Positions 23,920-32,000 of a stretch of 32,000 bases of DNA are shown here, piece by piece. Below the pieces are notes generated by a model. That model saw only the letters and a list, made by a program, of their open reading frames with translations, searched no databases and was not told where the DNA came from. Each line of letters begins with the position of its first letter. The first letter of the stretch is position 1. The position numbers were made by a program, and so were the translations under genes. This DNA is from Geotalea daltonii FRC-32 (lineage in GTDB: Bacteria > Desulfobacterota > Desulfuromonadia > Geobacterales > Geobacteraceae), in contig NC_011979.1 of NCBI RefSeq assembly GCF_000022265.1, forward strand, positions 1,680,001-1,712,000, read 5' to 3'.

Positions 23920-25957
23920 TGCTGTTGCCCGACCTCAGGCCATTATTGATTGTGGGTGCTTGCACAGCGGCAGCTGAGGTAAAAGAGGTGGGGCGAAAAG
24001 TGGCTTTCTCCGCTGCCGTTACTATCTCGTCAACGTTTTTTCCGTCTTCTGGGAAGGCGGACAAGCCGATGGTTACACAGGCCTTGGCAAGTGGAGCGCC
24101 ATCCAGCTGAGCAAGAGCATCGATTATCTTCAGGCGAATTCTTTCCCCCACCAGTGTCGATTCATTTTTCCCCGTATCCGGCAGTATGATGCAAAAGGAG
24201 TTTTCTCCGTATCGGGAAATCACGTCCATCTCGCGCAACATTCCTCTCAGCACAACGGCAATGGCTTTCATTGCTCTCTCCCCGGCATTGCCCAGGCTGA
24301 ACAGCTCGACGCGCATCAGGGCCAGGCTGCGGGTCAGCCTTTTGCAGCGGCTGATTTCTTCCTGCATCCTTTTGAACAGAAACTTGCGATTATAAAGCCC
24401 GGTCGACGGGTCGCCGACCGCCACTGACCGGCAGCTCGCCCAAGCTGCCTTTGCCGTTGCATGGTGCACCACCCCAGCCACATGATCGGCAAAAAAGCTC
24501 AGGGTTTCAAGATCCTTCTCATTGAACGTTCCACCGTTTTCCTTGTCGGAGATGTTTAAAACGCCGATTACCTGCTGATTGTAACTGAAAGGAAGGGAGA
24601 CGAAGGACTTCGTCCTGAAACGGGACCTATTCAGCCTTGCGGTGCGTGAATCGTTTTCGATGTCGCTGGCCACAATAGGAGACGCATCAGCTGCTACTTT
24701 GCCGGCGATTCCTTCGCCAACCTTGACCGTAAAACTTTTTGCCAGATGGGAATTTATTCCCCTTACCGCTTCGATGTGCAGCTCTTCGCCGTTCTTGTCC
24801 ATGACCATGAAAGAGCCGTTGCTGGCGCCGACGAGGCCGGTGGCCGCATTGAGCAGTGAATCGTAAAGCTCATTGTGATCGTCGATCATGAGCATAGAGC
24901 TTATCAGCTCGAGCATTTTCTGGGATTGAGTATTCGCTCGAAGCAGCTGTTCTTCCTGCAGCAGTTGCTGTAACCGTGTTGCCACCCTTTTGCAGACAAG
25001 TTCAATCAGCGAAACATCACCCTCCCGCAATTTTGTGTCCAGAAGTGCTACCAGCCCGCAGTTATCGCCATTTGCCAGCAGCTGCAGGCAGGTAGCCATC
25101 TCCACATCTTGCTCCGGGAACAGGGAGGCTATTTCACCGCCAACAATGAAGCTCTTTCCAACGTTTTCCAGGGAGAACAGGTTATTGATCCGGTGCGGTA
25201 TGATTTTTTTCACAGCAGCCGCAGGCGGTGCCCAGTCTTCAGCAATAAAAAGTTCCTGGCAGGCGCTACCGGTAAAAACTATGCCAAGACGGGGAATGTC
25301 GAAAATAATGGTCAGCGTGTCGAGAAAGAGGGAGATGGTTGCTGCACTGGTGGTCATCTTGTCCATCTCGGAGCAGATGCTGGCAACAGCGGCAAGTTTG
25401 TCCAGAATATCATCGGATGACCCTGTTTGGTGTTCTTCCGCCATATTTTCCTTGATTAGGCGAAACACCCGGTCTGCAGCGTCTTCAACATCTTTTCTGG
25501 AGACCACAGGGTATTTCTGGAAGAGCTCAAGTAGTTCCACAGGATCTCTCTGCGTCAGCTCTGCCAGTGATTCGACTCCGCCCAGATCCAATGCTTTATC
25601 TCTGACACCAGTACCGACCAGACAGTAAAGGGAATCATCCTGTAGATAAAAGGGAACAGCAAAAACATACAGCCCTTCCGGTGAGCGCAAAGTGGTCGGA
25701 CGCTTGCCGATGCAGGCAATCTCGAGGATTTCGTCGAAGGCGGCAATGGGCAGGTTTACAGCCTGAGGCTGCTGATGGGCAAGGTGTAGCTTACAGCAAT
25801 CGTTACCGGCGCTTGCGGCCGTACTCCAGCAGCAGAAAAGTAAAAGATGGTAGTCCTCGAGAAAGGAATAACCCTTCAGCGATTGCAGAATATTTGCAGG
25901 ATCGTGTGTTGAAGAGGTGTTTACCGGCATTTCTTTCACCGTGTGGTTTTTACGCAT
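23786..25957 (-). CDS. paralog of 12822..14825: sensor domain + GAF + degenerate GGDEF (GENSF) that retains the RxxD I-site
   Basis: The N-terminal region shares YCLVGTGVRDK with the other gene's FCLVGNGVRDK. The GAF segment includes NGSFMVMDKNGEEL ... QQVIGVLNISD. The GGDEF-like end reads STGLYNRKFL ... REMDVISRYGENSFCIILPD. Confidence 0.8.
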   Translation of the reverse strand: MRKNHTVKEMPVNTSSTHDPANILQSLKGYSFLEDYHLLLFCCWSTAASAGNDCCKLHLAHQQPQAVNLPIAAFDEILEIACIGKRPTTLRSPEGLYVFAVPFYLQDDSLYCLVGTGVRDKALDLGGVESLAELTQRDPVELLELFQKYPVVSRKDVEDAADRVFRLIKENMAEEHQTGSSDDILDKLAAVASICSEMDKMTTSAATISLFLDTLTIIFDIPRLGIVFTGSACQELFIAEDWAPPAAAVKKIIPHRINNLFSLENVGKSFIVGGEIASLFPEQDVEMATCLQLLANGDNCGLVALLDTKLREGDVSLIELVCKRVATRLQQLLQEEQLLRANTQSQKMLELISSMLMIDDHNELYDSLLNAATGLVGASNGSFMVMDKNGEELHIEAVRGINSHLAKSFTVKVGEGIAGKVAADASPIVASDIENDSRTARLNRSRFRTKSFVSLPFSYNQQVIGVLNISDKENGGTFNEKDLETLSFFADHVAGVVHHATAKAAWASCRSVAVGDPSTGLYNRKFLFKRMQEEISRCKRLTRSLALMRVELFSLGNAGERAMKAIAVVLRGMLREMDVISRYGENSFCIILPDTGKNESTLVGERIRLKIIDALAQLDGAPLAKACVTIGLSAFPEDGKNVDEIVTAAEKATFRPTSFTSAAAVQAPTINNGLRSGNSIILHDSRQLLPLFHNGQYKDSQPNAQPVPPPYTCLPCEQSERRK

Positions 25958-25964
25958 GGGTACA

Positions 25965-27347
25965 TCAGGCGGTACCCCCTACGGTAATCTCTGAAATGAG
26001 GAGAGTCGGTTGGGCATCGGAGACCGGAACCCCTTGACCTTCTTTGCCGCAGGTGCCGATGCCGAAACCCAGATCGTTGCCGACCATGGTTATTTTGTTG
26101 AGCACGTCAGGTCCGTTGCCGGTCAGTGTTGCACCACGGACCGGTTCAGCAATCTCTCCGTTTGCAATCAGGTAACCTTCGGAGACTTCGAAGACGAAAT
26201 CGCCATTAACCGTATTGACCTGCCCCCCTCCCATTTTTTTAACGAAAAGGCCCTCCCTGACACTGTGGATTATTTCTCCAGGGGGGGTGGTGCCTGGCGC
26301 AATCAAGGTGTTCGTCATGCGGGCAATGGGTTTCGTCTGATATGACTCTCGCCTGCCGTTTCCCGTTGACAGGCAACCGTCCTTCATGGCAGACAACCTG
26401 TCGTACATGTATCCTTTCAGGATGCCGTTTTCGACCAGTACCGTCCGTTGGGCGGGTGTCCCTTCATCGTCGAAGGAGAACGATCCCCTGGCATTTGCTA
26501 TTGTTGCATCGTCAATGACGGTGACAAGAGGGGATGCCACCTGGGTTTCTGCTTTCCCGGCATAAACCGACATTCCTGCCTGGGCCAGGTCTGCTTCCAA
26601 ACCGTGACCGATGGCTTCATGGACCATGGTTCCCCCGGCTTCTGAGGAAAGGACCACTGCCATGGCGCCGCCGGGCGCTTTCCTTGCGCCGAGCATCATC
26701 AGGCTGCGTCTTGCTGCGGCCAGAGCAAGTTCTTCAGGACCCATCGTCCGAAAGATTTCAAAGCCGCGGCCACCGCCGATTGCCTCGTAGCCGGTTTGAA
26801 CCAGGGATCCTTCTGCGGCAATGGCCTGAACCGTAAAAACGGTACCGGTTCTGGCTGTTTCGATAAATTCGCCGCAGGAATTGACGATCTGCGCTTTTGC
26901 TGTCCCATCGCGGTACATGGCAGTTACCTGGCGTATTTTCCCGTCCAAGCCCCTGGCGGCAAGGTCTGCGGCAGAGACGGTCGCGATTTTTTGCTTCAGC
27001 GGGATGTCCTCCGGTGGCAGAAGAATCGGGAAGCCTGTGCCCACAATTTTTCGCGTAAGGTCTATGACCCTGTCGAACTTCTTCCCCTTTACTGCCCGGC
27101 TCACCGTCTCGGCCAGGGCCAGGAGAGAAGACTCGCTAATCTCGTTGGTAAAGGCATATGCAGTTCTCAGATCGGAAATGACACGTATTCCCACACCCCG
27201 GTCGGCTCCGGCGAGGACTCTTTCTATCTTCGAGTCTTCGCAGACGATGGCCGTCGAGCTTCCCTCCTCGAAATATATATCGGCGAACTCGCCTCCTCCG
27301 GAAAGGGCTCGGCGCAGTATGGCGGCGCAATCGAAATGTTCAAGCAT
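25965..27347 (-). CDS. tldD: TldD-family metalloprotease
   Basis: 460 aa with the HExxxH zinc motif in VHEAIGHGLEADL and a typical TldD/PmbA C-terminus (GTCGKEGQGVPV). Confidence 0.85.
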   Translation of the reverse strand: MLEHFDCAAILRRALSGGGEFADIYFEEGSSTAIVCEDSKIERVLAGADRGVGIRVISDLRTAYAFTNEISESSLLALAETVSRAVKGKKFDRVIDLTRKIVGTGFPILLPPEDIPLKQKIATVSAADLAARGLDGKIRQVTAMYRDGTAKAQIVNSCGEFIETARTGTVFTVQAIAAEGSLVQTGYEAIGGGRGFEIFRTMGPEELALAAARRSLMMLGARKAPGGAMAVVLSSEAGGTMVHEAIGHGLEADLAQAGMSVYAGKAETQVASPLVTVIDDATIANARGSFSFDDEGTPAQRTVLVENGILKGYMYDRLSAMKDGCLSTGNGRRESYQTKPIARMTNTLIAPGTTPPGEIIHSVREGLFVKKMGGGQVNTVNGDFVFEVSEGYLIANGEIAEPVRGATLTGNGPDVLNKITMVGNDLGFGIGTCGKEGQGVPVSDAQPTLLISEITVGGTA

Positions 27348-27612
27348 GGCAGCTTTCCTCGCAGCATGGCTGATTTTCTAAAGGCAGAAGCAGGGGCGGA
27401 AAAATCTCGTTGAAGGTTATATCCGCTTGAAGTGCATGCAGGAGCTTATCCAACTCCGAATCAAGTTCGCAGGGCACAGAGATACGGATAATGCCCTTTT
27501 TAGCATCCTCCGTACTCAAGGTGGCGAGCCCCTCATAGGCCTCCAGGATGAATTTCAGATAGACCAGGTCCTTGCTGTCCATGTGGAAATACCGCACCAG
27601 AGAATCAGGCAT
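27340..27612 (-). CDS. small conserved hypothetical protein (DUF4911-like by recollection)
   Basis: I place the start at ATG 27612, preceded by AAGGAG (the track starts at 27660). It contains LVYLKFILEAYEGLATLST and overlaps the tldD start by 8 nt. Confidence 0.6.
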   Translation of the reverse strand: MPDSLVRYFHMDSKDLVYLKFILEAYEGLATLSTEDAKKGIIRISVPCELDSELDKLLHALQADITFNEIFPPLLLPLENQPCCEESCHA

Positions 27613-27709
27613 GAATACTCCTTCAAACAAACTTCGATAAACTATCATTTGGGAAGACAAAAAACAATAAAAGATTAAAGATTGGTAACATGAAATGATT
27701 GGGGCAGGG

Positions 27710-28603
27710 TCATAGCTGCAAGGCTACCGCTCCGGCCCGGCCAGCTAGTTCTCCCATGGCCATGGACGATTCGGCTGCGTTTGCGCCATGTTCCACGGCA
27801 GCTTCAGCTAGTGTGATGAAGCGGGCGCCGCGATCTTTCAGGCGTTGCAGAAGGTCAGTGAACTGGGCAGCCAGAACCCTGCCTTCAAGTTCGGCATGGA
27901 TAGTGTGGACGTTGAGTCCGGGCCGCAGGCAGGCAAGGTAGTGATCGTTGATATTGTCGGCAGTTATACCGTTCTCGCCGATCAGTTCGTCCATCGTTGG
28001 CCAGGTGGTGGGAATTTGCAGGGTGGCGAAACGCCTGTTGTCCAATACCGGATAAAAGGGAGATGTGCCGCGTGAATCGCTGCAGTAGGAAAGATGCAAA
28101 GCATCTTGAATTTCCAGGGAATCTTCAGAAACCGTCCAGCCTGGAGCTGCAGTTGTTCTCGGCCGCCGCCCCATAATTTGTTCATAGAGCGCAAAAGCCC
28201 TGCCCATCTCCATGGCCACTGTTTTTTTTGGCATCCACGGCAGAAGATCGTGCCATTTCACATGGTCCCAGCAATGGATACCTGTCTCGTGCCCCATGGC
28301 GGCCGTCTTGCGCAGAATGTCCGGAAAGGCCGACCCGATCATCGGTGGCGGGAGAAGCGTGCCGTAGAGCATGGTCTTAATGCCATAGGCCGAGGGGGCG
28401 CCGGTGCGGAGCATTTTCTTCAGGAAGCCCTTTCTGGTGAAGATGCGGCGGATCGCTTTGCCGGAATTATCAGGCCCCATTGAAAAATAAAAGGTAGCCT
28501 TGATTTCTGCCGACTCCATGATTTCCAGCAACCTGGGTACTCCATCACGGGTGCCGATGTAGGTATCCACATCTACTTTGAGGGCTATGGTCGATTGGCT
28601 CAT
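27710..28603 (-). CDS. arnD: 4-deoxy-4-formamido-L-arabinose-phosphoundecaprenol deformylase (polysaccharide deacetylase fold)
   Basis: LKVDVDTYIGTRDGVPRLLEIM ... FYFSMGPDN ... TIHAELEG closely parallels enterobacterial ArnD as I recall it. Confidence 0.85.
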   Translation of the reverse strand: MSQSTIALKVDVDTYIGTRDGVPRLLEIMESAEIKATFYFSMGPDNSGKAIRRIFTRKGFLKKMLRTGAPSAYGIKTMLYGTLLPPPMIGSAFPDILRKTAAMGHETGIHCWDHVKWHDLLPWMPKKTVAMEMGRAFALYEQIMGRRPRTTAAPGWTVSEDSLEIQDALHLSYCSDSRGTSPFYPVLDNRRFATLQIPTTWPTMDELIGENGITADNINDHYLACLRPGLNVHTIHAELEGRVLAAQFTDLLQRLKDRGARFITLAEAAVEHGANAAESSMAMGELAGRAGAVALQL

Positions 28604-28673
28604 GGTTTCAGCACCTTACACTGATGCAGCAGGTAACACAAGAAGGTTTTTCCCACTGAGTTGTAGGTGGGGC

Positions 28674-29423
28674 TTACTGGATATATGCGGCATCTTTAAG
28701 GATATCGATGAGTTTATTTGTCAGGGGTGACGGCTTGCCTTTGGTTACCAGGATGACCGGCGAACTGACTTTGGGCGTTTTCGGCACCTTGACGCCTGGA
28801 GCGATGAAGCCGCTGGGGGCGATACCTATTGCGCCGGGGGTCTCCATGACGGATTTGCGGACTTCTTCGTAGCTGTCGGCTGACCGGAATTTGGCAGCCA
28901 TAGGGGACTCTTTAAGAATTTTTTTGAGGAACGCCTCATTTTCAGCAGCTGAAGTTGAGTCCCAGACAATGATAATCTCTTGGTCCGGGCCGCCAAACTG
29001 GCGCCAATTTCTGATTTTACCGGTAAAGATGGACTTCAGCTGTTTCTGGTTCAGCTGCTTGATCCTGTTATTTTTATGGAGAAAAATCACTGTGCGATTG
29101 CTTCCAACCTCGACCATGTGCAGTGATGCCGGTGGCAGAGTAAGCCTTTTCAGGGCAGCTTCCTGCAGAAGTTCCTTCAAAGAACTGGTGGCTATAATTG
29201 CATCGACGTTTCCCTCGACCAATTGCACAAGTTCTTCGCCCGGCTCGATCTGCATTATGGAGAGGGAGGTCTTCGTTTCTTCCTCGAAGGTTTCTTTAAC
29301 GGGTATGAGAAACCCGCTGATGTTTGCATCGTCGCCACCGACTTTCAAGGTCGTAGCCGGGCCAGCACAGCCGCCCGTCCAGAAGGTAATTAATAGAAGG
29401 GTCAAGAGTAGATGTGGTTTCAT
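28674..29423 (-). CDS. PstS-like (PBP_like_2) periplasmic substrate-binding lipoprotein
   Basis: I place the start at ATG 29423, preceded by AAGGAG. The lipobox is LITFWTGGC. The family motif is LNQKQLKSIFTGKIRNWRQFGG. Confidence 0.72.
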   Translation of the reverse strand: MKPHLLLTLLLITFWTGGCAGPATTLKVGGDDANISGFLIPVKETFEEETKTSLSIMQIEPGEELVQLVEGNVDAIIATSSLKELLQEAALKRLTLPPASLHMVEVGSNRTVIFLHKNNRIKQLNQKQLKSIFTGKIRNWRQFGGPDQEIIIVWDSTSAAENEAFLKKILKESPMAAKFRSADSYEEVRKSVMETPGAIGIAPSGFIAPGVKVPKTPKVSSPVILVTKGKPSPLTNKLIDILKDAAYIQ

Positions 29424-29458
29424 TACGCACTCCTTTCGGACTAAGTTTGAAAGCAAAT

Positions 29459-29482
29459 GGCCGCTTCGATGGGAAAGCGGCC
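29459..29482 (-). other. GC-rich hairpin between the decarboxylase gene and the binding-protein gene (weak terminator, attenuator or stabiliser)
   Basis: GGCCGCTT-N8-AAGCGGCC. On the minus strand only a broken T tract (ATTTGCTTT) follows. Confidence 0.3.
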
Positions 29483-29514
29483 GATTTATATCATGAAGTT
29501 TATTCAGGGTATTT

Positions 29515-30555
29515 TTACAGCAGGTTGTCTATTTTTTCTTTTTCCTCAACCAGATAGAATTCAAGTGTTTTACGCAGGGCACTGTCTATAGCGGTGACAG
29601 GTTTCCATCCCAGTCTGGTCTCAGCATTTTTAACCGACGGTACGCGGGTCAGCATATCCTGGTACCCTTTACCGTAAAATGCATCGGAAGTGACTTCTAT
29701 GATTCGACACTTCTCGGCCCGGTCACGATATTCGGGATATTCCTTGACCATTTCCCTCAGCTTCACAGCCAGTTCCTTGACCGACAGATCATTACCGGGA
29801 TTGCCGATGTTGAAGATACCTCGCTCGGCACAGCCGTCCCTGTTTTCGATAATCCGCATCAGGCAGTCGATGCCGTCCTCGATGAAGGTGAAGGAACGGC
29901 GCTGGCTGCCGCCATCCACCAGTTGGATCGGTTCGCCTGCCAGAATGTTGTAAAGGAACTGGGTCAAAACCCTCGAGCTTCCCTCTTTGGCGGTGCTGAT
30001 GCTGTCCAGCTTGGGGCCGATCCAGTTGAAAGGGCGGAACAGCGTATAGCGCAGGCCATCATGCTCGCCATAGGCGTAGATGACCCGGTCCAGCATCTGC
30101 TTTGCGCAGGAGTATATCCAACGTTCCTTGTTAATGGGGCCCAGCATGAGGGGGGATGTTTCTTCGTCGAACTCCCGGTCGGGGCTCATGCCATATACCT
30201 CGGAGGTGGAGGGGAAAATTACCCTCTTCCCGTATTTTACGCACTGGCGTATGATTTTCAGGTTTTCCTCGAAATCAAGCTCGAACACACGCAGGGGGTC
30301 CTTGACATAGGTGACCGGAGTGGCGATGGCAACCAGTGGCAGCACCACGTCGCATTTCTTGATGTTGTACTCGATCCACTCCTTGTTGATGGTGATGTCC
30401 CCCTCCAGAAAATGGAAACGGGGGTGACCGATGGAATGTTCCAGCTTGTTGTCGCTCATATCCAGGCCGAAGACTTCCCACTCGGTGGTGTCGAGGATGC
30501 GGCGGGTCAGGGCGTTGCCGATAAAGCCGTTGACGCCCAAGATCAGTACTTTCAT
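29515..30555 (-). CDS. arnA: UDP-glucuronate oxidative decarboxylase, stand-alone equivalent of the ArnA C-terminal domain
   Basis: I place the start at ATG 30555, preceded by AAGGAG. MKVLILGVNGFIGNALTRRIL ... PLVAIATPVTYVKDPLRVFELDFEENLKIIRQCVKYGKRVIFPSTSEVYGM is near-collinear with the E. coli ArnA dehydrogenase domain as I recall it. Confidence 0.9.
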   Translation of the reverse strand: MKVLILGVNGFIGNALTRRILDTTEWEVFGLDMSDNKLEHSIGHPRFHFLEGDITINKEWIEYNIKKCDVVLPLVAIATPVTYVKDPLRVFELDFEENLKIIRQCVKYGKRVIFPSTSEVYGMSPDREFDEETSPLMLGPINKERWIYSCAKQMLDRVIYAYGEHDGLRYTLFRPFNWIGPKLDSISTAKEGSSRVLTQFLYNILAGEPIQLVDGGSQRRSFTFIEDGIDCLMRIIENRDGCAERGIFNIGNPGNDLSVKELAVKLREMVKEYPEYRDRAEKCRIIEVTSDAFYGKGYQDMLTRVPSVKNAETRLGWKPVTAIDSALRKTLEFYLVEEKEKIDNLL

Positions 30556-30574
30556 TACAGTCTTCTCCTTGTAA

Positions 30575-30696
30575 CGGCTTCGATAAAGGGCCATTTTGCG
30601 TTGTTGCCCCGCGTCGCTCGGCACTAGACGCAGCCCTGCTACGCTTTCGTACCCAGCTCCTTGGGCGCTTAGCAGCTGGCGCCTTTCTCGAAGCCG
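30575..30696. repeat. 122-bp palindromic intergenic element, probably related to 22795..22952
   Basis: A 9-bp inverted repeat, CGGCTTCGA (30575-83) and TCGAAGCCG (30688-96), closes the element. The core 30583-30630 aligns by eye at roughly 70-75% to 22830-22875 (TAAAGGG ... GTTGCC ... TCGCTCGG ... ACG). Confidence 0.4.
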
Positions 30697-30702
30697 GCAT
30701 GG

Positions 30703-31638
30703 TTATTCAAACTTTTCTGCCAACTGATATTGTTGGGAAAAACCTTCAGCGGTAGTTTCCTCTTCACCTTCCAATTGCAACTTCTTTATTGCCAGTAGTC
30801 CGTTGCCGGTTCCAACCATAAGCGGCTCAGCGGAAACGACTTTTCCCGGCTCACCACTCCCCTCTACCGGCCATGCTTGCCAAATGATGACCTTCTTCCC
30901 ATTCAGAAACATGAAGGCGCCGGGATAGGGATGGGTGACGCCGCGGATAAGGTTGTAGATCTGTACCGCAGATTTGCTCCAGTCAATGCGGCCATCTGCC
31001 GGCTTCCGGCCGCCGCAGTAGTTGCCCGCTTTCAGATCCATGGGGATTCGGCCTGCCGTCCCTGCAACCAGCAGTGGCCAAGAGCGGGCAATTACGGTAA
31101 CAGCGGCATCAGTCACTTTGTTGAAGACATCAAAGGAGGTGTCGGTGAATTCTATGGTTACCTTCTCCTGGTCGACAATGTCGCCGGCATCGGGTTTTTC
31201 CACCATGTAATGGAGGGTAGCTCCGGTTTCCGTCTCGCCGTTGATCACCGCCCAGTTCACCGGCACCCTTCCCCTGTACCTGGGCAGGTATGAGCCGTGC
31301 AGGTTCAGGGCACCGCACCCGGGCAGGCTGAGAATCTCCGGCTTGATCATGTTCCGGTAATAGAAGGAAAGAATGAAGTCCGGGGCGATCTCCTGCAACA
31401 GGGCCGCATTTTCCGGGAGATTGATATCGGAAGTCATATAAGGAATATAATGTTTTTCCGCCAGCTGCCGTACCGATTCAAACCAGATTTCTTCGGTGGG
31501 GGAGTCCTCGTGGGTGAAGATCATCCTGATATCCGCCCCTTGGCGGATCAGCTCTGCAATGCAGCGATAACCGACGTTATGGTAGGCGCAGACGACAATT
31601 TTGTTGAGTGCATTCACCTTAATTTTCCCTGAATCCAT
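30703..31638 (-). CDS. arnA: UDP-4-amino-4-deoxy-L-arabinose formyltransferase, stand-alone equivalent of the ArnA N-terminal domain
   Basis: It has the formyltransferase fold (ALNLHGSYLPRYRGRVPVNWAVINGETETGATLHYMVEKPDAGDIV). The start is ATG 31638, overlapping arnC by 20 nt, or GTG 31617 right after the arnC stop. Confidence 0.85.
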   Translation of the reverse strand: MDSGKIKVNALNKIVVCAYHNVGYRCIAELIRQGADIRMIFTHEDSPTEEIWFESVRQLAEKHYIPYMTSDINLPENAALLQEIAPDFILSFYYRNMIKPEILSLPGCGALNLHGSYLPRYRGRVPVNWAVINGETETGATLHYMVEKPDAGDIVDQEKVTIEFTDTSFDVFNKVTDAAVTVIARSWPLLVAGTAGRIPMDLKAGNYCGGRKPADGRIDWSKSAVQIYNLIRGVTHPYPGAFMFLNGKKVIIWQAWPVEGSGEPGKVVSAEPLMVGTGNGLLAIKKLQLEGEEETTAEGFSQQYQLAEKFE

Positions 31639-32000
31639 GTAGCTTTCTCACCACGTAGCGCGGCCGTTTGCGTACCTCCTGGTAGATCCTTCCCACGTAT
31701 TCACCTACCAGGCCGATGCCGAAGATGATGATGCCGATGAAGAAAAAGAGGATGGCGAACAGGGTGAAGACCCCTTCCACCTCGGCGCCGATGATGAAGC
31801 GCCTGATAAGGAGAAATACCGCGAAAGCAATGGAAAAAACAGAAGTAAGTATCCCCATCAGGGCGAAGAGTTGTAGCGGTACCACGGAAAAACCGGTCAT
31901 CAGGTCGAAATTGAGGCGAATCAGCCGGTACAGGGAGTATTTGCTTTCCCCTTCGGCCCGTTCCGCATGGGCCACCTTGATTTCAGAAGGATTTGCGGAA
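31619..32000 (-). CDS. arnC: undecaprenyl-phosphate 4-deoxy-4-formamido-L-arabinose transferase (GT2), 3' portion; gene continues beyond the right edge
   Basis: The frame stays open to the window end (..SANPSEIKVAHAERAEGESKYSLYRLIRL ... GEYVGRIYQEVRKRPRYVV). This matches the ArnC C-terminus (HHAEREFGESKYSF ... GEYIGRIY..VRARPRY) as I recall it. Confidence 0.85.
   Translation of the reverse strand, partial: SANPSEIKVAHAERAEGESKYSLYRLIRLNFDLMTGFSVVPLQLFALMGILTSVFSIAFAVFLLIRRFIIGAEVEGVFTLFAILFFFIGIIIFGIGLVGEYVGRIYQEVRKRPRYVVRKLHGFREN

Noticed and set aside
30583-30640. Minus-strand GGGGCAACAACGCAAAATGGCC, which superficially recalls the GGCAAA and ACGCAAAGC blocks of GEMM-I cyclic-dinucleotide riboswitches that are common in Geobacter.
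   Set aside because: The two blocks are adjacent instead of separated by the P1a hairpin. I found no tetraloop/receptor arrangement and no flanking P1/P2 stems. The related copy at 22830-22875 lacks the motif.

Overview
This window looks like ordinary chromosomal core from a Gram-negative bacterium. By recollection only, the gene order resembles Geobacter/Desulfuromonadales. I found no rRNA, tRNA, CRISPR array, integrase, transposase or recognisable defence genes, so I do not think it holds a clear novel-system island. Left to right: frr(partial)-pyrH-tsf-rpsB on the minus strand, then divergent lptF-lptG plus a secreted IPT/TIG-repeat protein. Next is a minus-strand operon of small ORF, sensor kinase, sigma-54 response regulator, TlpA/ResA-like thioredoxin, CcdA and a VOC protein, preceded by a well-spaced candidate -24/-12 promoter. 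Then come a polyprenyl-diphosphate synthase, a REC-GAF response regulator convergent with a GAF-GGDEF diguanylate cyclase, an XRE-HTH/S24-like repressor with both catalytic residues substituted, a CspA-family gene with a long leader, and a LOG/PpnN-like protein. After leuC-leuD there is an operon of a secreted ~500-aa aromatic-Pro repeat protein coupled to MlaE-MlaD with no ATPase, followed by a 158-bp inverted-repeat intergenic element and a polytopic membrane protein. The rest is a long minus-strand run: arnC(partial), split arnA (formyltransferase ORF, then decarboxylase ORF), a PstS-like binding protein, arnD, a small DUF4911-like ORF, TldD, and a second GAF protein with a degenerate GGDEF domain. 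The items most worth follow-up are the repeat-protein/MlaED operon, the paralogous sensor-GAF-GGDEF pair (one active-looking, one receptor-like), the pseudo-peptidase LexA-like repressor with interlocked promoters, the sigma-54 two-component system fused to thiol-redox cytochrome-maturation genes, and two related palindromic intergenic elements. All family assignments come from reading the translated ORFs by eye, with no database search.
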